From NCBI RefSeq assembly GCF_001194135.2, contig NC_068988.1, forward strand, positions 4,398,112 to 4,462,111: a DNA stretch of 64,000 bases, read 5' to 3'. Below the pieces are notes generated by a model, which was not told the origin of the DNA, did not search any database, and saw only the letters and a list, made by a program, of their open reading frames with translations. Position 1 is the first letter of the stretch. Each line of letters begins with the position of its first letter. The DNA is from Octopus bimaculoides. Its lineage: Eukaryota. Of this stretch, positions 36,946-48,455 are shown piece after piece. A program made the position numbers and the translations under genes.

Positions 36946-38884
36946 AAACAGTTATATTTGTAAAGATACCTCCCAATTCAAGCAGAATAAATCAGTCATT
37001 TTGATAGAATATACAGTAATTTCGCCATTTTAGGGATGTTTTGATGACGGTTCAATCTCCCCGAAATACATGCAGTTAGCACTTTTGGCCAATGAAACAC
37101 TTGTCAATTGAACAGTTCTAACTATAGTTCACATTTAGGGATATATAGTCGAAACTATCGAGAATTAATTATATTCGCCATAAGTATATTTCAAGAAACA
37201 AAACTAACAAAACCTTGGATATCCTATCAAATTGTTTAGGGTGTATTTTGGTGCAGTTTTTATTATCATTCTGTTGCAACGTTTTCACTTCGTATTTTCG
37301 GAATCCTATTATTTATCGTATCAACCTAAATACAAAATCGACAGCATTCTTAACGCTAGAGTTTGCAAAATGATCCAGTTTATAATAACAGCCACAACCT
37401 TAAATTTCCCGTGAAATGTCTCGCTTCTGCTTACATCTATGTGGCCGATAACGTTGATACCACATCTGCAGTAACCCTCCCTGCTATTTATGTGATAATT
37501 CACAAAAATAATGCAGCAGCAAAACTAAACAAACGAAGCCACTTCGAGTTTTATCAACGAGATCTAATGAAGATGTGATTTATTTCGTATTCAGATGGAA
37601 AGACTATGTTTTTGCAACCAAATTCACTGGAATGAGGTGAGGATCAGCTACATAAAATCTAAACTTATACTTCTGGTCACACTGCTAGCTCGTTCAGAGG
37701 GAAGAAACATGTTGGTTGATCATAATATGTACCAAAATCGTAATGAGGTCGTCCATTTCAGTGTTCATATACGACGACGTCAAACCTTTATTTTCAAACG
37801 TATAATCTGCAGAAACTGTCAAGAAAGTTTTAAATATTCAACTGCAAGATCTTTGAAATAGATTTGGATTTGGTGAGAATATTTCCAAAGAACAAGTACT
37901 TTTAATTTAGTGAAACTGGAGAAGCTGGCAAAAGTCGTCTATTCTTTTTATTTTCAGATTTGCAAAGTGTTGGATCAGCCGGCATTTACAAACGGGTAAA
38001 GGCTATAAATATAAAGGTTTAATTCCATTCCAGACACTCTTTGAGACGTCAGAAAGAAAGATCCTGGAAGTCATTCTACAGCAAAAGTAAATACATATCA
38101 ACGTTCAGTCTATTTATGTATATGAACCCATCGAATCAGTGAACATATTTTTTTAAATGTGCAGAAGCAAGAACAAAATCTAAATTACCAAATCAGGGGA
38201 TTTACGAAGAAAATGAAGGTTTTGGATGTTTTTTTCTATTCATCTCATCCTTTGAGAATAAGGATTATGTCCAATCAATTGTTCATCATTCGTCCGATAA
38301 TTTTTGTTTTTTTAATAGTGGCATTACATGAAGATATTTCACTATTGCCCCTGCCACTTCAAAAGTCGATATTAAATACGTTGGACTTTTGATCAAGATC
38401 TGAACCATAAAGTTAAAACTGTCCTTATTCCAGCAAAAGCTGACATTTGCCATCAAAGTTCTTTAGTTGTTGTCAAAGTAATCCATCTACTTGGCGCAAA
38501 CACTTTACCTGATCTTTATGAAAACGAAGAAGGCATGCAGTTTATCAAAGAGTATTATGATTTTTGGTGCTGTAATCTTACGCTTTCCGTAAAAAAAATG
38601 TTGGTAGTAAAACAGAAACGCATCAGATTACATATGAGACGAACAACATCGAATTCAACCCTTATGGGATTCAAACTTAGAATACCCAATGGTTGTTATG
38701 TTACCTTTATATTCTAGTTTCAGACTTTATCATGGTTGTGTTTGGTTTTAATCTTCTCGAAGCTGACAAAATAAGTAATAGTTATGTATTGGGGTCGAGT
38801 TAATCTACTAATTCCTTTCTCCAAAATTTGTGGCTTTATACTTAAATTCAATATCATCATCATCATCATCGTCATCATCATTAT

Positions 38885-39305
38885 TATCTGATGAAAACTT
38901 TCAGCTTATTTTGCTGGGTATGATGGAATGTCAGCTGTCCACAGCTAGCAGACTAAGGTGACACTTGGTTATTGATCATGCAGAAAACTCTTGCAGTTTC
39001 AAGCAATGCTGATTTTTCTAGGTGGTCTATCTTTACATTTGTACCAATCTTTTTGAGGCATGTTGGTAGTTGAGTGCCAGTTACTACTGGTATCACGTCC
39101 ACATTCTTTATTGACCACAATTTGTGTATTTCCCACTTCATAATCGTCATAGATGTTCAGCTTTTTCCCGTCTTTCTTTTGGATCCTGTCGTCACCGAGA
39201 CATGTTATGTCGATTGTCATGCAAGTTTTGTTTTCTTTTTTGTTCACTACAACAATGTCCGGTTTCCGATGTCTGATCTGATAGTCACACTGAAACATTG
39301 CATCT
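38885..39305 (-). mobile_element. R4/Dong 3' fragment (complete RLE nuclease core)
   Basis: FQCDYQIRHRKPDIVVVNKKENKTCMTIDITCLGD..K, then frameshifted WSIKNVDVIPVVTG..LEKSALLETARV. It carries the PD..D..K-type motif. Confidence 0.92.
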
Positions 39306-39328
39306 CACAAGATTTTGTATTTATTATA

Positions 39329-39377
<49 letters not shown>

Positions 39378-39401
39378 TTATTATTATTATTATTATTATT
39401 A

Positions 39402-40163
39402 TGGTTTGGCTCTGGTTGGTTTTATTCTTGGTGGGAATTATGTGGGTAGTGGGTTACTTCCTGTAACCTTAGGTATCCACAAGGTTTCAGCAGTCTTTCA
39501 AGTGCTTAGAACCCTCCAGATAATCCTTGCTGTCCCCAAGAGACTAACTTTCTGTAGGATCTCTACTGGGCATTCTATTTCAGTATCCTCCAGCCATTTG
39601 TCTATATCTTTGCTTACTGATCCCAACGCACCAATTATTATAGGAACGACCTTTACTGTACTTATGCTCCAAATTTTTCCTATTTCAAATTTTATGGGGA
39701 TTGTACTTTTTGTTTTTCGTCCTCTTTCTGTACGATCCTGGTATCAAACGGGCATAATGAGCCCATCAGCAAGCAACTTCGCTTTTCGTTATCTATAATC
39801 GTTATGTCCGGTCTATTATTTTCTAATTTCTTGTCCGTTTTTAAAAGAAAGTCCCACAAAATCTTACATTTCTTTGATTCCAGTACTCTTTCGACTCGGT
39901 GATTGTACCATGTGTTTCCAGCTCCAAATCCTCATTTCTGGCACATTTTCCATAGTAAAAGTTTTACAACCTGGTCGTGCCTCTATTTCTTATATTTTTC
40001 CTGTGCCAACTTGGGGTATTCTTCCACAATGTGTATCACTGCCTCGTTTGCAAGTTCCATATGCTCTACGTTTTTCTGACACATTCTCTCCATATATATA
40101 TTTTCTCAAGTTGTTTGTTTTTATCGCTTGATCTTAGGCTGCTACAATTAGGCTCTCTGTTTT
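39402..40163 (-). mobile_element. R4/Dong 3' fragment (zinc knuckle region, RLE, UTR, TAA tail)
   Basis: TESLIVAA*DQAIKTN..HIVEEYPKLAQEKYKK*RHDQV..WYNH..KILWDF..TDKKLENNRPDI..VKVVPIIIGALG..LQKVSLLGTARIIWRVL. (TAA)n lies at both ends. Confidence 0.92.
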
Positions 40164-40181
40164 TTTATTATAATTATTTTG

Positions 40182-40236
<55 letters not shown>

Positions 40237-40261
40237 CATTATTGTTAAAGTGATGATCTAG

Positions 40262-40445
40262 CACAATTGTTAGCGGCATTTCGTCTGTCTTTACATTCTG
40301 AATTCAAATTCTGTCGAAGTCGAACTTGCCTTTCATTCTTTCAGGGTCGATGAAATAAGTACCAGCTGAGCAATGGAGTCAATGTAATCGACTTACCTTC
40401 TCCCATGAAATTGCTGGCCTTGAGCTAAAATTTGGGACCATCATT
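40262..40445 (+). mobile_element. SINE of the 59709 family (5'-truncated)
   Basis: ttagcggcatttcgtctgtctttacattctgaattcaaattc...cctttcattctttcagggtcgatgaaataagtaccag. Confidence 0.85.
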
Positions 40446-41244
40446 ATTAATGATAATCAAAGTGTATAATAATCCCTCCAGTTGTTCATTTTTAAACGAC
40501 CGATATTTACGTTTAGGTGAAGAATTCTCATATTCACCGATAGAGCTTTCTCTTCAACTATCTTTTTTCTAATCTATATTGTATCACTAACTCTTTAATA
40601 GAGCAGATTTCAATTTAACTTTAAAAAATTTTTTTTAGCCTTATTATTTGTAACAGTCCCATCAATTCGCTCTTATCTGTAACAGTCGCATCAATTTCTG
40701 CTTAACTAATTCAATAAACTGGTCATTTACAGGCTTTTTCTATTCTAGAAAAGATGCCTTCGTCTTCCAGTGAATGACTTCCTGTCTAAATGGCGTCCTA
40801 TTTCACTAATTAGATCTTAAATTCTTAAATCTGTCATGAAATCCATGAAAATAGTAACACCATGCAACACAGATGCATGCATGCAAGCACAGACACATAC
40901 AAACGAATAAAAATATAAACTAAGGCATAATCAACGAGGGCAGTTCTGTTTAGTTGTTTGATTTACTAGAAAACGCAACCAAATCGCCTTAAAATTGCAC
41001 ATTATCTTAATAAAAAAAGAGACCAATCGGATAACGTAAACAGATGCACCATGTCTTAAAAATAGATAGTATGCTTATGACTAGAACAGCCATATGTCCA
41101 CTGAAGGGGCACCCAATGATAAGCAACAACAACAGCTGATGGTTTCTTGTTCAAGTCCTCATTTACATATACAGAGAATGTACTTAACGGGCGGTTGGAA
41201 TTGTCAAAACAGGCTTAAGATATCTTCTGGTTTCTAATCTAGAG

Positions 41245-41492
41245 CAGTGGTTCCCAAGCAGGGTCCATATGACCCTTGGCTGGGGTCCATATAAGATTTT
41301 GTTATCTGCAATAGATTGGTTATACTTTTTCATTACATAAAATATTTTAGTGAATTTTTTTTATATAGTTCCTAATAATATTTAATTATAAAGATATCCG
41401 AGGATTCCCAAAACATGGAATGGCTTTGGAGGATCCATCCAAGTAAAATAGGAATCAAAGGAGTCCATAGGCAAAAATGGTTCAGAAATTCC
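41245..41492 (+). mobile_element. hAT (Charlie-like) MITE, decayed
   Basis: Starts cagtggttcccaa after ctagag. The degenerate right end is aaaatggttcagaaattccg. A related start cagtggttcccc is at ~2256. Confidence 0.55.
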
Positions 41493-41876
41493 GATCTTTT
41501 CAATTTTGTTTGATCTTTTCAGTTTCGTTTGATCTACCCTACCAAAAATTGATCTCAGAATCTAAATAAAGAAATCCAGTTCCTATAATTTAGTCTGCTA
41601 ATTTTTTATTGATGATGTTGTTACTGTTATTTACTCCGGGTCTGACTGAACAAAACTATGACCAAAGACACTCCACTCATGACCAGTTCATCTTAATATG
41701 GTAGAACAATGTAGTAGCTCAAAATGCCTTATGTATACTTCTTTTTTTTTCTCAATATAATTAGATGCAGAGGAAGTTTTGACTGCTATTTCTTGTAAGT
41801 TGAGTGACCCTCTAGAGGATCCCTCGTTGATTCGTGTTTTTTTTATTGTTTTAGCTTATACTAATAATTTCTTTCA

Positions 41877-42000
41877 AAGGTACAAGGATCCAAATTTTGA
41901 GTGGGGCGGGTATAGTTAATTTAGTCGACCTTAATATTTAACTGATACTTAATCGATCCACCCCCAGAAAGTTTTAGTCGACAAATCTGAATCTAATACA
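41877..42000 (-). mobile_element. Decayed SINE of the 59709 family
   Basis: acaaggatccaaattttgagtggggcgg...tagtcgaccttaatatttaactgatactt matches the reverse complement of the family's 3' half. Confidence 0.5.
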
Positions 42001-42399
42001 GATAACCTGTCACTCTACTGTTCAAGTCAACAGTCAGAATATTTAGAAGCTGGTAACTTTTTCTATTCGTAATTTCCGAACTAATGTCAAAGCGGATGTC
42101 AGCGAGTGATTAACTTCAAAATTTATCATTCTCTAAGCAACATCGTACAGACATCAACACTTCTTTTCCAGCAGCGTTGAAAATCCACCGTTTATTTATA
42201 AACTTATAATAAAGATAAGCCGTTGAAAATTTTCTTTGGCCCTCGGAATAATAATGATGATGATGATGATGGTGATGACGTCTGCACACAAATTAAGTGG
42301 ACTAATTTGAATACACCAGGAAATACAAAAGGAATACAAAACACTGAACAAACTTAAGGCACACAGATCTGTAGTGAAAGTAGGCAATGAAATTAAGAT

Positions 42400-42414
42400 A
42401 ACAACAACAACAAC

Positions 42415-42485
<71 letters not shown>

Positions 42486-42520
42486 CAACAACAACAACAA
42501 CAACAACAATAATAATAATA
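42400..42520. repeat. (CAA/TAA)n microsatellite preceded by a possible retroposon 3' end (42290-42399)
   Basis: The repeat is visible. The upstream cacacagatctgtagtgaaagtaggcaatgaaattaa runs into the TAA tail as the other Dong ends do. Confidence 0.7.
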
Positions 42521-43852
42521 AAATCAACAAAAACATCCGATTTAACACTTCACAAAATTAGAAGTAAAAAATGATTTAATATTACTTTTGAAGTTTCTAT
42601 TATATAAACTTCTTGGTGGTATAAATCTTGTTATCTCGATAATTTTAACTGTAAACTATATTTGTTCAATTCTTCTTTTATTTTTTGGGGTTTCTTACTA
42701 CATTTTAAAAACTTGCACATTACGGTAGGAATACAATTTTGCATGAAGAATGTAAAATAAAAGAATCTGTTTTGAAAATCACTCGAAGTTTGTCGCTTAA
42801 GGAAAATCAGTTTTATTGTTTTTAGAGAATCCCTATTAATGACAGTTTCTTTCCAGAACACTGTTTATGTGCGTCTAATAACCCGAAGTTTCTGTTAAAA
42901 TTGGATCAGAGTATAATAGAGTTTATTTACTACCAATGGCAAGAGATATGTGTGAAACATTCTGGTTTTTCGAGAGGGGATCTCAAAAATTATTCTATAT
43001 TTCAAATATTAGAACTACATTATCTCCCAAAGTTCAATTTTTGTATGGTTTTATTTTTTTCATTATCATAAAAACCTTCCCTCGCCGCCATATTCCTAAG
43101 AGTGAGTGTTGAAATTGCAACAGTTTCATCGTGAAAATGTTGTGACAATCATTTAGGTGAAATAAACTTCATAGATGCTTTGCCCCACGCAGAATTTGCA
43201 AGAGATACTCAGTGGTTTCGCATGCTCTTCTAAATCTATTGCAATTATCGTCAGTATGTATCTAAGGGCCACAAGCGTTTCACCCCTAAGCCTGTACGTT
43301 TCGACTGAGTTGAGTAACGAGGACTAAACAAGCCTCCACTTGCAGAATGGTTCCACTTGTGGTCTCTTATCAACCATAGCCGTTTTGAGCTCGTTTCGGC
43401 TGCCATGCTTATCTCTTTGATAGCTTTCTTCACTTGTATGAATCCCAGGCCTATGTTTTGCAAGAAATAGCTCATCGACCTCACTTAATTAAAATGTAAA
43501 TTTAATACTGATGCTTAGGAAAAATAGATAAGAATTTAAATCGTTGGTAAACTTCGAATATGAGGATCTGAGCAATTTTTAAAGAAAGCATCATCATATT
43601 GTTAAAAACAAAAACAGGAAGTTGAGAAGAGCAATTTATATTAGTTTGGTGAATTATAGTTAAAGGAGGTAAACGTTTGTATATTGTCTGCCATATATAC
43701 ATTAATAGTTTCAAATTTACACCTAGAAATATAGTAGACTGCATAAGTACAGACACAGAATGGGAAGTGGGGGTGATGTAAATATTATTGTTAATAAAAA
43801 GAAATAAAATTACACTTCCTGAGAAAAACTTGTAAGGAGAGATGTTACAGGG

Positions 43853-43887
<35 letters not shown>

Positions 43888-44590
43888 CATAATAATAATA
43901 ATAATCATAATAATAATAATAATAATAATCATAATAATGGAACACTCGTCCAACGTGACGAGTGTATGTGCCAGTCGTTACGAATGTTGTGACGTAAGAA
44001 GTTGAGAAGTCGGTCATAGATAGTCGAGTTTTTACTTGTCTAACTAACTATAACGCTATACCGGAGCGGACGTTATAACAGTCCGACGCTGGATTACAAC
44101 TCTGTGTGTGTGTGTGTATTGGTCAAAACCCACACATATTAAAGCCGGGAGTATAACAATATAAATATATATATATTATAGCATATATATTTCTTCATAC
44201 TATTCCATTCGAAATCAAGGTTGGAAGAAAGCGTGCATACACATATACAGATGAATATATACAATTATGTACAATTAAATTAAAAGTCACGAGCGGATAA
44301 GATGACAGTGATTTAAAAGAAAGTCCTTGAATCAATCAAATAAAGCGAAAAATATCTTAGGGTCGCTTCAGGAGATGTACGAAGAAGTAGATATATCTTT
44401 TCAGCTTCGGTAATCACATTTCGTTCATCAGACATTCTTAGTTATAAAAGCGTTTCAAATTTTAGGTTTCGAATTTTAAACAGTGATGTAAAAATTGTAA
44501 ATAAATATAAAATTTTCCCAAAATCCGGAGTGCCTAGGCATAAAATAAATGTTCATATCGTTATTTATGTTTAGGCAGTCCGGATTTATG

Positions 44591-44683
<93 letters not shown>

Positions 44684-45884
44684 GCAATAATAAATCTCTG
44701 ATCGAAGTATAAACAGTAGCTGCACGACAACTTGAAGTATATTTGCCACTTAAATGTGGATAACTACTAAGAGTGGATGCTACTGTAGCTTGTAGCCTCG
44801 GGAGAACACCTCCTCCATGTGGTTGGTAAGCAAACTACTCTATTTCATAAATTAGCCATACAGCTTTACAAAGATGTAGCTGCGGACTGGACAAAGGCAC
44901 AAATGATAATGGAAAAAGTGAAAAGATGGTTGGTGGAGGAAGCAGTCAACGTCCGCCGATGGCTACTTCCCGAAAACATTGTCCTCTTTTTCTAAACAAC
45001 ACAAAATGAGGTATTGGACCTCTTACCAAAGTTCAAAGAATCGATGCATTCGTCCCTTACAAGTTGAGGCGCTGAGCCTCTTACCAAAAAATAGCAAATT
45101 CAAATTTCAAATCGAGGCACTAAGGCCTCTTAACTTTCCTCCCCGACCAGGCAATATTCCTCCCTCAGGCAATCCTGCAGTTCTAAGTCGGGGCTCCAGA
45201 AAGCAAAACTGTATTGGTCCTTGGGAAAGGAGTTCATCACCCTGAACATATCATTTTCCATTATGACCTCCGCAGTTACCTGCGGAGGCCAATCCGGGAC
45301 TTCATTCCAGGACAGGAACCCTCCTTCCGGCCCTCTAGCTTCTTCACAAAGCTCTGTACAGCCCCTCCCTTATGAAAGAAGATCATAAAATCATCCTTCA
45401 TCCTAATGGCAGGGGCTACAGTTTCCTCCGTCGATAGCACGGTTCCACCGTCAAGGTTTCAGGACATGCCGGCAGTGTACTACTAACCGCCGGCAATGTC
45501 CCATTTTTTTTTCTCCCTTGTGCTACGGGAGGGTGTAGTTCTTCCGCTTTATCCGGAGGATCTTCTCTCCCTCCCGCAGCGTTGGGGTCCTTCAGAGGGC
45601 AACCATTGTTGCCCACCTTATTATCACAAAGCCCCTCCTGCGCTTATGTATCTGTATCTACATATATATGTGTGTGTGTGTAGATATAGATATATGAGTT
45701 GTGACCATATTTAAAGCAGTCATTGTATCATAGCTTCACTTTGTGAAGTGGGGTGGGGGTCTTTTCCTGGAACATGGTTTTCCAAAGAGGAATTTCTTTT
45801 GGACACACATCAATTCTTTTGCCTTCCATACGAGGTATATGGTTTCTTGTCCACAGTCTGCTGTAATAGGCATACCTACATACA

Positions 45885-45916
<32 letters not shown>

Positions 45917-46003
45917 TACATGTATGTGCGTGTATACTTGCGTTTCTGTGAGTAAGTAATGTGTGTACACGCATACACATACATACATGCATATATATAT
46001 ATG

Positions 46004-46045
<42 letters not shown>

Positions 46046-46083
46046 AATGATATAGGTGGCTCGTTAGCAATTCAAACCTAAAA

Positions 46084-46230
46084 GTAAATTGAAGCAAAGA
46101 TAAAAAATAGTATTAGCATTGCTAGAAACAAGTGTCAAACGACTCAAATATCCACGAAATGCTTTTAGAGTCCTTTTGACGCTTGTTTCTAGAAATGCTA
46201 ATACTATTTTTTATCCTTGCTTAAATTTAC
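46084..46230. repeat. Near-perfect ~62-bp inverted repeat (22-nt loop)
   Basis: gtaaattgaagcaaagataaaaaatagtattagcattgctagaaacaagtgtcaaacgactc versus the reverse complement of the right arm, gtaaatttaagcaaggataaaaaatagtattagcatttctagaaacaagcgtcaaaaggactc. Confidence 0.92.
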
Positions 46231-46346
46231 GAACCATCTATATTATTTATACGATACACTTCCACCGTTTTGAACTTAGCGCTCGCTTTCAACGGGTTTT
46301 TCTCATGAGTTTGACGAGGTAACACTTTAACCCCAGGCACAGTAAG

Positions 46347-46404
46347 ATCCACTGATGAGAACAAAGACTCAATTAATCAGAGTTCGAAATCACGTGATTT
46401 GGAT
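46347..46404 (+). ncRNA. Type I hammerhead ribozyme fold with intact core
   Basis: AUCCA-CUGAUGA-GAAC..GUUC-GAAA-UCACGUGA-UU-UGGAU. Stem I is 5 bp, stem II is at least 4 bp, stem III lies within the palindrome AUCACGUGAU, and the NUH triplet is AUU with predicted cleavage after 46399. Confidence 0.75.
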
Positions 46405-47249
46405 ATATCTGTTACTTTATTTGTGAGTTTTCCCTAAGGTAAGGTGCTTTGCTCGCTTCCTCTCATTCGTCAACTCCTTGAGTTAGTGCTTTTTGTGGCT
46501 TTTTGAGTCGTTTCGACTCTTGTTTCAACACACATACACACACACACACACACACAGATATATATATATATATATATATACATACGTACATGCATACATG
46601 TACATATATATATGTGTATACACACGCAGAGATACTTGTGTATATATTTAGTGGTGCACTTGATTATGTTAGCAAATATCTAAACGATGACCAAGGAAAA
46701 GTTAGACTTTTCAAACGATGACCAGCTGCTGCGCACTTTACTGACGCAATCTGTAAATATGCACGTTCGTACATACATACATACATACATACATACATAC
46801 ATACATACATACATACATACATACACACATACATATTGACAAATCAATGAACAGATATTTTCAAAAACTATACACACAGATACACTCACAGCGTGAGTTA
46901 TTAGAAGTAACCTAATTGTATCCAAGCCAAGAGAAACAATTAAAGAAATAAATATTAATGTTCTTGCCCGTGTGAAAAAGCGCGTCCGCGTCAGTGAATG
47001 TTCGCGCGCGTGCGTGTGCATTAAAATATACATGTTTCATTATTGCGACAAACACATGCGTATATCTATGCACACACACACACATTATGATGTTCATTAG
47101 CTGAAAATTTTCTCAAGCGACTCAGTGGGCTAGATTTTTGAGCTGAAGACATTAAATTCTCCTGTATGTTCCGTTACGTAACTCCAAGCTTCTTGGGTCA
47201 TAAAGATTATATGAATCACACTTACATACATACATACATACATACATGC

Positions 47250-47290
<41 letters not shown>

Positions 47291-47452
47291 GGCGAAGGAG
47301 TGGCTGTGTGGTAAGTAGCTTGCTTCCCAACCACATGCCAGGCTTCAGTCCCATGGCATAGCACCTTAGGCAAATGTCTTCTACTATAGCCTCGGGCTGA
47401 CGAAGCCTTGTGAGTGGATTTGGTAGACGGAAACTGAAAGAAGCCTGTCGTA
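47291..47452 (+). mobile_element. tRNA-derived SINE with CORE-like central motif
   Basis: ggcgaaggagtggctgtgtggtaagtagcttgc...gcaccttaggcaaatgtcttc...ggaaactgaaagaagcc, flanked by TA/TG microsatellites. Confidence 0.85.
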
Positions 47453-47902
47453 TACATATGTATGTGTGTGTGCCCACAATATCGCACAATATGTGTGTTT
47501 TGTAGATGTCAAATGTCTACAAACCACTCTAAATTTGTTCTCCCTTTTTGCACAAAGCTGAATGCGTGGAAATTGACAAGAAGGTTTACAAAATTTTGGA
47601 TATATCTCCCTAAAGAATAACTCTATACTTGAGTGGGCCATGTTGTCCGAATCGTGATTTAAATGACTTTGCCAGGTGGTGCTATTAAGTTAGACATGGC
47701 CTGGGTTAAGACTGGCCGAAACTTATCAAAGTAAATGTATATATATATATATATATATATAATGGAGAAATTACTCAAAATGTATAAGTAGATGATGAGT
47801 AAAGTACTAGCAGAGTTTCGATTACCTGTTATTATCCGAAGATTGCAGGAACTTCATAGTGCTGGTTGAGGTAACAGTATTAAAATAGATGAAAAAAAAA
47901 GA

Positions 47903-47963
47903 TTTTATTTAGTACGACACATGTTTCGACCCGTTCTAGGTCTCTTCGAGTACATAAATAAAT
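47903..47963 (-). ncRNA. Type I hammerhead-like fold with one core variant (UCGAAGA)
   Basis: UUUAUUUA-u-GUAC-UCGAAGA-GACC-uagaacg-GGUC-GAAA-C-AUGU-G-UC-GUAC-UAAAUAAA. Stem I is 12 bp with one bulge, the triplet is GUC, and stem III overlaps the palindrome ACAUGU. Confidence 0.55.
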
Positions 47964-48206
47964 TAAAAAAATAAAAAGTCTCATCAGAGTTTCGGTTTTA
48001 CGTATCGCTAAATGTCCGTCAACTTCGGGAATGAGTAAAAAAACAGAGAAAAGTTGAAACGCGAAAAATTCAAATATGAACGTGAAAATTCTAGTTTAGA
48101 GAAAATGACGTAATGAGCCATCGCTGTTGAGAAAGAAAAGGAAGTAGAAAGGAAGATAATACTTAGACAATGGATGGATGTGTATATATGTACATGTATC
48201 TGTGAA

Positions 48207-48455
48207 GGCGCATGGCTCAGTAGTTAGGGTGTTGCACTCATAATTGCGAGATAGTGGGTTCGATTCCCAGACCGTTGCGTTGTGTTCTTGAGCAAAGCAC
48301 TTCATTTCATATTGTTCTGCGATCATTTCGTCACCTGACATGTAGCACACGGTGCACCTGTACAGGTAATGTCGATTGGATGGAAGGACTGAGCGTATGC
48401 GTACACAAACTTTTGATCACTATAAACAAATGTGTGGTCGTTCGGCAAGAAATTC
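48207..48455 (+). mobile_element. tRNA-derived SINE (third family)
   Basis: A-box tggctcagtagtt, B-box ggttcgattccc, then gttcttgagcaaagcacttc. Confidence 0.8.

Noticed and set aside
38373-38717. ~115-codon stop-free plus-strand stretch
   Set aside because: No recognisable motif, and roughly one such stretch is expected by chance in a window this size.
43295-43325. gtcgaaacgtac motif on the minus strand
   Set aside because: No CUGANGA box or stem I partner lies upstream.
44400-44432. CUGAUGA..GAAA on the minus strand (ctgatgaacgaaa)
   Set aside because: Only 2 nt lie between the boxes, so no stem II is possible.
47978-48000. GAAAC and CUGAUGAG adjacent on the minus strand
   Set aside because: Order and spacing are incompatible with any hammerhead topology.
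48207-48270. Apparent tRNA genes here and at 8590-8670, 47291 and 59709
   Set aside because: The A/B boxes continue into SINE bodies and no complete cloverleaf is present; these are SINE heads.
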